Shown here in pieces: positions 58,241 through 64,000 of a stretch of 64,000 nt of DNA; the first letter of the stretch is position 1; every line of letters starts with the position of its first letter. The notes below the pieces were generated by a model. It was not told the origin of the DNA, searched no databases, and worked only from the letters and a program-made list of their open reading frames with translations. The DNA comes from Nanobdellota archaeon (lineage in GTDB: Archaea > Nanobdellota > Nanobdellia > Pacearchaeales > GW2011-AR1). The stretch covers positions 119,797-183,796 of the forward strand of contig JAJZAH010000001.1 of NCBI GenBank assembly GCA_021799535.1, read 5' to 3'. Both the position numbers and the translations under genes were made by a program.

Positions 58241-59329
58241 ATGTACTTCCCAGAGTCTTCTATTATCACAACTAAGGATGGACTTCAGTGCCTTGTATAT
58301 AGTAATGAACACCCAAATGGTCGTCTAATTGTAAAACCAAAATATATCCCTACTGATAAAATTTCGAGTGATGCCCTTCCATATAGATTTATTCTTGGAA
58401 AGAAAGTCAATAGATTGGATCTTTGGATTGATAGAGTAAGTCTGCAGAAGTATTTTAGAGACTTTGCAAAGGCTTATCCTCATTACATATTTAAAAGTGA
58501 TGTCCATAACCCGGATTTACACTTCTTTAGCGTCCCTAAAGAATACATTGACAAAATTTATTCACCCAGAGAAGGCTTAAAAGAACTTATGGCAATTCCT
58601 TACAAGGATCTTGATGAACATTTAAAGAAAGTTGTTGATCTTGTTAATTTTTTTATTAAGAGTGGGCTAAAACTTGATAATTTCGGTGTGACTTATTCAA
58701 CAATTATGGGATATTATTCTCAGAACATGTCTGATATCAACGTCGTCGTTTACGGGAAGAAAAATTTCTGGGCACTTATGGAGTTTTTAGAAAAGCATAA
58801 ACATCCAGATTTGAGGTGGAAAACTTACAATGAATGGGAGAGTTTCTATAAAAAAAGGAACAGGTATATTCTTCAGGACAAAAAGGATTATCTTGAAAGG
58901 ATGAATAATAAGAAATCTGAAGGTTTTTTCAGAGATACTCTATTTGTTGTTTTTGGAATCGAAAATCCAGATGAAACTTGGTTCAAATGGGGGGAAGAAA
59001 AATACAGGAAGATTGGAGATGCAAAATTTAAGGCGCTTGTTAATGGGAATATAAACTCTGTTGTAAGGCCCGGCTGTTATGAAGTTGAAAAATGCAGATT
59101 TATTGAAGGAGATAATTCATGTAAAAATTTAAACATAGAAAAAGTTGTTTTTTATTCAAGAGATTATTGCATGCTTGCATTTCCAGGAGAAACCATAGAG
59201 TTTAAAGGTGTCGTGGAAGAAGTTTCAAAAAAAACGGGAGAAAAGTATTATCGGGTTGTCGTGGGTTATTTCGTTTCTCATATCAACGGAAATAGAGATA
59301 ATGAATATATAAAAGTTATAAAAAAATAA
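58241..59329 (+). CDS. Pol-beta-superfamily nucleotidyltransferase-fold protein, paralog 2
   Basis: GVTYSTIMGYYSQNMSDINVVVYG, with the same N- and C-terminal blocks as paralog 1. Confidence 0.4.
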   Translation: MYFPESSIITTKDGLQCLVYSNEHPNGRLIVKPKYIPTDKISSDALPYRFILGKKVNRLDLWIDRVSLQKYFRDFAKAYPHYIFKSDVHNPDLHFFSVPKEYIDKIYSPREGLKELMAIPYKDLDEHLKKVVDLVNFFIKSGLKLDNFGVTYSTIMGYYSQNMSDINVVVYGKKNFWALMEFLEKHKHPDLRWKTYNEWESFYKKRNRYILQDKKDYLERMNNKKSEGFFRDTLFVVFGIENPDETWFKWGEEKYRKIGDAKFKALVNGNINSVVRPGCYEVEKCRFIEGDNSCKNLNIEKVVFYSRDYCMLAFPGETIEFKGVVEEVSKKTGEKYYRVVVGYFVSHINGNRDNEYIKVIKK

Positions 59330-59330
59330 G

Positions 59331-59876
59331 ATGGAAAAGGGATGTAATTTATGCGATGAATCCAAACTGGATTTGGGTGAAAAGACGCCGTATGGAGCAA
59401 AGGTAATCTATAAAAAAGATGGATGGTTTGCCACACTTTCTCCTAAGACGGGTGGTAACCCCGAAAAAGACTTTACGGTTCAATTGATGCCTATGGGTCA
59501 CTTAAATCACATTTCTGAAATTTCTAAAAGTTTAAATCTTGCTAAAAGTTATGGGATTGCTTTTTCAAAAATAAGTAAAGCTGTGACAAAGATTATGGAA
59601 TTAGAGAATCGTTCCTCTGAAAACGATGAAGGGATAATTCGAGTTGGGACTTATGGAAAGTCTAAACATCCTGAAGAGCATTTTCATATCAAGATTTTCC
59701 CTTGGACAGGTAATATTGGTCAACCATACACTGTAGATTCTACTTTTGAACATAGCAGAAGATATACCGACAAAGATGGAGAAGCTTTTATAAAAATGAA
59801 ACCCGTGGAAAAAATGATGATTAAACCAGAAAGAATGCAATATTTATCAGATAAGCTGATTTCTTTTTTAAAATGA
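59331..59876 (+). CDS. HIT-superfamily-like protein with variant H-x-H-x-K motif
   Basis: N-terminal CNLCDE, VIYKKDGWFATLSPK...FTVQLMPMGH and EEHFHIKIFP follow the HIT-family layout, but the third His of HxHxHxx is replaced by Lys. Confidence 0.4.
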   Translation: MEKGCNLCDESKLDLGEKTPYGAKVIYKKDGWFATLSPKTGGNPEKDFTVQLMPMGHLNHISEISKSLNLAKSYGIAFSKISKAVTKIMELENRSSENDEGIIRVGTYGKSKHPEEHFHIKIFPWTGNIGQPYTVDSTFEHSRRYTDKDGEAFIKMKPVEKMMIKPERMQYLSDKLISFLK

Positions 59877-60619
59877 CCTTTCATGGTTTAAATGAGATTG
59901 AAAATGATTATCAAAATATAAAGTGCAATTTTCAAAAAAAGAATAATTTGCTTGAAGCTTATAAAATAGCTGATCAAATTTTAATGCATGATAAAACAAT
60001 GAGGTCTATTTTTAAATTTCTGATTCGTTCTTTTGAAGGCAAATTAAGGAATGATAAGAAAACCCCTCTTGTTTTTCATTCTATCTATATGACAAGACTT
60101 ATGAATTTATGCGGCGGAGAGGATATAGATAGTTTGCTTATTGCCTCCCTCCATGATTTATTAGAGGATACGGATGTATCTGAAGAAGAACTTAAGCAAG
60201 AGGCATTCATGAAAAATAAAAGAGACGTCATAAACAGCTTAAAAATTTTAAAGGAAGATAAAAATCTTTCAAGAGAACCAGATGGGATCAACCTCCCTCC
60301 AAGATATCTCGAACATATCAGTAGGATTATTGGTGCAAAGAGGGAAGTTATAAATACTGAAATTCTGGATCGATTTTCAGATTTAATGGATTTGGAGTAC
60401 ATTCTTGATCTTCCTGAGAAAGAGAGGGATTTAAGACTCAGGGCAAAATTACTCAAGGTAAAAAGTTTTGTTTATAATATAATAAAAAACAGGAATGATT
60501 TCAATAAAAATTGTTTAAATCTTTTTGAATCAAAAGTTTCAGAAATTGAGTCCAAATATCATTTGAAAGGAAAAATACAGCAAGTTTCTAAAGCAAAGGG
60601 GGAACCTATTTCTTTTTGA
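59873..60619 (+). CDS. HD-domain hydrolase of the SpoT/Mesh1 ((p)ppGpp-hydrolase-like) type
   Basis: PLVFHSIYMTRLMNL...DSLLIASLHDLLEDT parallels SpoT YILHPLAVACILAEM...TLMAALLHDVIEDT (H...HDxxED). Confidence 0.55.
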   Translation: MTFHGLNEIENDYQNIKCNFQKKNNLLEAYKIADQILMHDKTMRSIFKFLIRSFEGKLRNDKKTPLVFHSIYMTRLMNLCGGEDIDSLLIASLHDLLEDTDVSEEELKQEAFMKNKRDVINSLKILKEDKNLSREPDGINLPPRYLEHISRIIGAKREVINTEILDRFSDLMDLEYILDLPEKERDLRLRAKLLKVKSFVYNIIKNRNDFNKNCLNLFESKVSEIESKYHLKGKIQQVSKAKGEPISF

Positions 60620-61406
60620 AAGAACTTTTTTGTTTATATCTCTTTTTAATCCTTTTATTTAGTTCTAGGGCATACTTATAAAGCTTGTAATCTAAGGGGT
60701 TGTCTCTATAGATCATCTCTCTTATTTTTTCGTTGGTATCAATTATTTTTTTCCTGTAAGTTGAAGATCTTTCCCATTTTACCCCTTTTATTCCCATCAA
60801 CTTGAAAAGGAATTTCGAATCTTCTTTGCTATTTTCAATTATAGCAACAAAATGGCATTTGTCCAGAAATATCTTTGCATTTTCTAAATCCTTATTTGTC
60901 TGGGAATAAGGATGAACCTTCCTGATTGAACTTTGTAAAAAATTGGACATTTTGTACCCAATCTTAATAAATTTCAAAAAAAATGCCAAAATTTTTGGAA
61001 TTTTTATATGAGACGACTCGGAGCCCTGTAATTTTAAATTGTAAAAACGAACTAGCTCATTTTTCGGTTGTGATTTATACCATTTTTCAAAAGGTACAAT
61101 TTCAGATCCCGGGTAATTCTTAAACTTTTCATTATAAAAAGAGACTATCCTTTCTGCAGGGTCCCTTAAAAAAGTGAAATATATTGGCTTTTTCCCAGAA
61201 AACTCTTGGTGTATTCCGTAATATGTTGCATGGCCAAGGATGAATCTTGCTTTTTTTTTGTCAAAATCTGGACTTTCAAATCCGTATCTGATATTTGACG
61301 GGACTATTATCTCCTCTTTTGGAACTGACTGTTTAATATAAGTTATTAAGCTTGTTCCGCCCGTCCTCGGAGCGTGTATAAATATCCATAATTTGTTGTC
61401 TTTCAT
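60606..61406 (-). CDS. Sulfotransferase-family protein
   Basis: IHAPRTGGTSL resembles the 5'-phosphosulfate-binding P-K-[ST]-G-T-T loop. Confidence 0.5.
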   Translation of the reverse strand: MKDNKLWIFIHAPRTGGTSLITYIKQSVPKEEIIVPSNIRYGFESPDFDKKKARFILGHATYYGIHQEFSGKKPIYFTFLRDPAERIVSFYNEKFKNYPGSEIVPFEKWYKSQPKNELVRFYNLKLQGSESSHIKIPKILAFFLKFIKIGYKMSNFLQSSIRKVHPYSQTNKDLENAKIFLDKCHFVAIIENSKEDSKFLFKLMGIKGVKWERSSTYRKKIIDTNEKIREMIYRDNPLDYKLYKYALELNKRIKKRYKQKSSFKKK

Positions 61407-61532
61407 CCTTTTAATGATTTTTCTGGCTTTTTATATATTCTCTTCTTCGCTTTATGATTTTGCTGATAAGTACTCCTTATTATTATCCTAAACTATAATA
61501 AATCTTATAAATTCATCCTTCTAAAATCTGAG

Positions 61533-61907
61533 ATGGATTTATGGAATTTCCTTCATGGAGAGAAAAAAGTAGTCTCGAAGTTCGAAGGGAAAGATGTTGA
61601 ATCAAAAATAAGATTTACGGATTATAACCCAAAGACAAGTGTCTTCCGTGCAGAAGGAAATGATGAATGCGGGGACTTCGAAGTTATCGGTTCTCTGAGA
61701 GATGGCACGGTAGGATTTTACAAATTTTATAAGAGATTCCCTGTTCCATCAGGGTCAAAGTCCGCAGACCTTCTCGGAGAGGGTTATAAGTCTTTTAATT
61801 ATTATGGCTCTTATGTAGAAGACTTATCAGGAAAGTATTTTTCCGGTTTATGGAAAGAAGGCAACGCTGTGATTCCTGACTGGGGCAAGTGGCAGATGGC
61901 TTTATAA
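61533..61907 (+). CDS. Hypothetical protein
   Basis: 124-aa ORF with G/Y/W-rich short repeats. Confidence 0.25.
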   Translation: MDLWNFLHGEKKVVSKFEGKDVESKIRFTDYNPKTSVFRAEGNDECGDFEVIGSLRDGTVGFYKFYKRFPVPSGSKSADLLGEGYKSFNYYGSYVEDLSGKYFSGLWKEGNAVIPDWGKWQMAL

Positions 61908-63296
61908 TTTTTCCTTCTTGCTTTTTATATATTTCCTTCTTGCAACCGCAAGTCCGCCGAAATATATAAACCTTGATATTATTGTTGCGAAGCATGCGCC
62001 AAGAACTGCGTCAAGCTGGCTGAAACGTAAACCATAAGTTATGAAGAAGAAATTCAAGATTATGTTTAAAATAGTAGTTCCTATTAAAAGCCATGCGATG
62101 ATCCCGGTCCTTTTTCTTGATATTAAATAAGTGCTGTAAAATCCAAGAAGAGGAAGGATAATGATGAGTATGCTAAACCATTGGAGGATCGGGACGGCGG
62201 TCAGGTATTCGCTTCCGTAAGATAGATCAACTATCTCTGTCGCGAAAGCATAGGCTATCAGCCCTGTTACGAGGGATATCAGGAAAGTGAAGGAGAGCGA
62301 TTTTTTGAATATCTTTTCGAGACGCTTTCCATTCGCTCTGGAGAATATGGGGAAAAGAGCGGTGGCAGCGAACCCTATCACCGCAGCTGCACTGCCAATG
62401 AGGTTGAATGCGGCGCTGTAATATGAGATGTACTCTGAACTTACGTAATGTCCGAGCATTATTGTGTCAATATACCCGAAAAACACTCCTGACAATGACA
62501 TTGTCACGAGAGGAGCCAGGAATCTTTTCAAACCTTCTGTTTCTTTCACGTTCAGGTTTTTTGATTTCACGTTCAGGAAGGCGACTTTCTTCCTTGATAC
62601 AATTGCCATGTATGAGACCCCAACCAAATAAGATAAGTTGAGTGAGAATATGACTATCCCTGTGGACTGGTCAGGTGTAGTGCCTATACTGACGACAAGA
62701 AGAGCAGCAATGGGAACAAGTATTAGTCTTGCAATCTGGAAAATCAACTCTTTTTTTGTTGGGGTTCTGAAATCATTGTTTAACTTGAATAGGTTTTCGA
62801 AAAATCCCTCGAGCCCGACAAGAGGGATATATGCGGCCCCTGTGAGGAGAGCATAAAATATTGGTTTTTCGTAATAATCTTTTGCTATGAAATATGAAAG
62901 AGCAAGGAGGACAAAAGAGCAGAGCACTATCAGGAAAACTTTCCATTTGGCCAATTTTTTCAGATATCCTTTTGCTTTTCCGGGGTTTTTTCTCGCGAGC
63001 ATTTTCGGTATGAAAGTCATCATCGCCGCTCCGACCCCAACGTCGGAAAAAGATGAGAATAAGACAATGGTTGAAAGTGCAAGACTATAAAGTCCGAAGA
63101 GATTCGGGAGTAATATCCTTGCAACTATTATTGTAAATATCAACGACCCAATCTTCATCAGGATATTCTGGGCCACCTGGTAGCTCGAATTTTTTATTGC
63201 CTGTCCTGTATCTCCTGTGAAATTTCTTTTTTTGAACCTTGAAAGAACATTCCTTATATCTTTTCTTTCACTTTTTAGGAAACTATCTGCCATCAT
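61902..63296 (-). CDS. Polysaccharide/oligosaccharide flippase (Wzx-like, MOP superfamily)
   Basis: 464 aa, about 12-14 TM helices, typical MOP flippase length and topology. Confidence 0.55.
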   Translation of the reverse strand: MMADSFLKSERKDIRNVLSRFKKRNFTGDTGQAIKNSSYQVAQNILMKIGSLIFTIIVARILLPNLFGLYSLALSTIVLFSSFSDVGVGAAMMTFIPKMLARKNPGKAKGYLKKLAKWKVFLIVLCSFVLLALSYFIAKDYYEKPIFYALLTGAAYIPLVGLEGFFENLFKLNNDFRTPTKKELIFQIARLILVPIAALLVVSIGTTPDQSTGIVIFSLNLSYLVGVSYMAIVSRKKVAFLNVKSKNLNVKETEGLKRFLAPLVTMSLSGVFFGYIDTIMLGHYVSSEYISYYSAAFNLIGSAAAVIGFAATALFPIFSRANGKRLEKIFKKSLSFTFLISLVTGLIAYAFATEIVDLSYGSEYLTAVPILQWFSILIIILPLLGFYSTYLISRKRTGIIAWLLIGTTILNIILNFFFITYGLRFSQLDAVLGACFATIISRFIYFGGLAVARRKYIKSKKEKL

Positions 63297-63329
63297 CTAT
63301 TAAGAGATATTATCTTTAAAAAACTTGAT

Positions 63330-63974
63330 TTATAAAAAAAGTATAAATCCAATGATTATCACAGCAATCTGGAAAAGATTTATCATGAGGGGTATCTCCC
63401 ATTCGTAAGCTTTGTGGGAAGGTTTTATTTTTTTCAGGAAGACTATTGCAACGTGGGTTAGGCTGTATATTTTCGGGTACATCAATTCTATGCTTCCGTC
63501 TTTTTGGACTTTTCCGAAGCTCTGCTTTTCAAGTTTTCCTCTCAGTTTAAGCACCACTTCCAGAATATAAGGTATGAAAAAGAATACTGCAATCTTTTCC
63601 ATATTTCCCATTATGGCGATCGCTCCTATTAATGCACCTATAGTGTAAGTCATTATATCTCCCGGGAATACTTTTGCGGGATATTTATTGAACAGGTAAA
63701 AAGCGATGAGGGAAGCCACCATGCAGGCAGATATCACTGTGAGCCAAAGGCTTCCTGTCACAAATGTGACCACAGAGAGCGCCCCTATTATTAATATGCC
63801 CTGGCTTGTCTCGAGGCCGTTGTACCCCCCCAGGAAATTGAAAGTCGCGGTCGTGCCTATTATTGCTATTGGAACAAGGATCAGCGGGTAGATTAATCCA
63901 AAATCTATCCCTAGTATATTTGATGTCCCTTCATTTAGTGCCATCAAAGGAATAGCCGCAAACAGGAGGAGCAA
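63330..63974 (-). CDS. UDP-HexNAc-1-phosphate transferase-like (MraY/WecA/AglH family) membrane protein; N-terminus probably beyond the window
   Basis: NFLGGYNGLE aligns to the N-x-x-D-G-x-D-G-L motif of the family. The ORF is still open at the window edge. Confidence 0.35.
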   Translation of the reverse strand: MLLLFAAIPLMALNEGTSNILGIDFGLIYPLILVPIAIIGTTATFNFLGGYNGLETSQGILIIGALSVVTFVTGSLWLTVISACMVASLIAFYLFNKYPAKVFPGDIMTYTIGALIGAIAIMGNMEKIAVFFFIPYILEVVLKLRGKLEKQSFGKVQKDGSIELMYPKIYSLTHVAIVFLKKIKPSHKAYEWEIPLMINLFQIAVIIIGFILFL

Positions 63975-64000
63975 GAGCCGGGTGGAATTTTTCAGTCCTC

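Noticed and set aside
57142-59329. Interpretation of the two NTase paralogs as RelA/SpoT-type (p)ppGpp synthetases partnering the SpoT-like HD hydrolase
   Set aside because: The active site is the classical G-S...DxD order (Gly before the acidic pair) rather than the RSD arrangement, and no RxKD or EVQIRT-type motifs are present.
59331-61406. Interpretation of the HIT protein or NTases as ATP sulfurylase supplying the sulfotransferase
   Set aside because: No QTRN/HxxH ATP-sulfurylase motif and no P-loop APS kinase are present nearby, so this is only loosely plausible for the HIT protein via Apa2-like ADP-sulfurylase activity.
1-64000. CRISPR array
   Set aside because: No series of regularly spaced direct repeats with unique spacers was found. 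The repeats seen are irregular and few.

Overview
This is a low-GC archaeal chromosomal window; the archaeal assignment rests on the PolD DP1/DP2 pair, Orc1/Cdc6, L18e/L21e and Rpo subunits. From left to right it holds: (i) a TctA-like membrane protein, then a replication cluster on the minus strand (DP2, endonuclease IV, DP1, cdc6/orc1) ending in an AT-rich ORF-free stretch carrying three TTCCnnnGGAAA origin-recognition-box-like palindromes, so a candidate oriC. (ii) A PRC-barrel gene, several small proteins, and a convergent pair of paralogous coiled-coil/QTD-linker/wHTH genes, followed by a 1.1-kb ORF-free region with a repeated ATAATTCGYAYAA motif. (iii) A contiguous uvrA-uvrC-uvrB block. 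(iv) An AdoMetDC-like gene, a LysE exporter, an RRM protein, a XerA-like tyrosine recombinase and a serine-recombinase remnant. (v) The conserved rps13-rps4-rps11-rpoD / rpl18e-rpl13-rps9 ribosomal-RNAP operon, split here by a ~10.9-kb insertion that begins at a tRNA-Leu(CAA). The insertion carries a tandem isochorismatase-like pair, a kinase-like protein, a HerA/FtsK-type ATPase, a bacterial-style outer-membrane beta-barrel-like protein, a lipoprotein with FN3-like repeats and a DNRLRE domain, and a higher-GC segment with small wHTH proteins. (vi) rpl21e-rpoF-HhH protein, rpoN, tRNA-Gly with an intron, tRNA-Arg, tRNA-Leu and a lone 5S rRNA. (vii) secF-secD. (viii) An N-glycosylation (agl) cluster: aglB, glycosyltransferases, nucleotide-sugar enzymes, a Wzx flippase and an unusual embedded block of two paralogous Pol-beta-fold nucleotidyltransferases, a HIT-like protein, a SpoT/Mesh1-type HD hydrolase and a sulfotransferase. 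No CRISPR array is present. All calls come from reading the six-frame translations and the DNA by eye; no searches were run.
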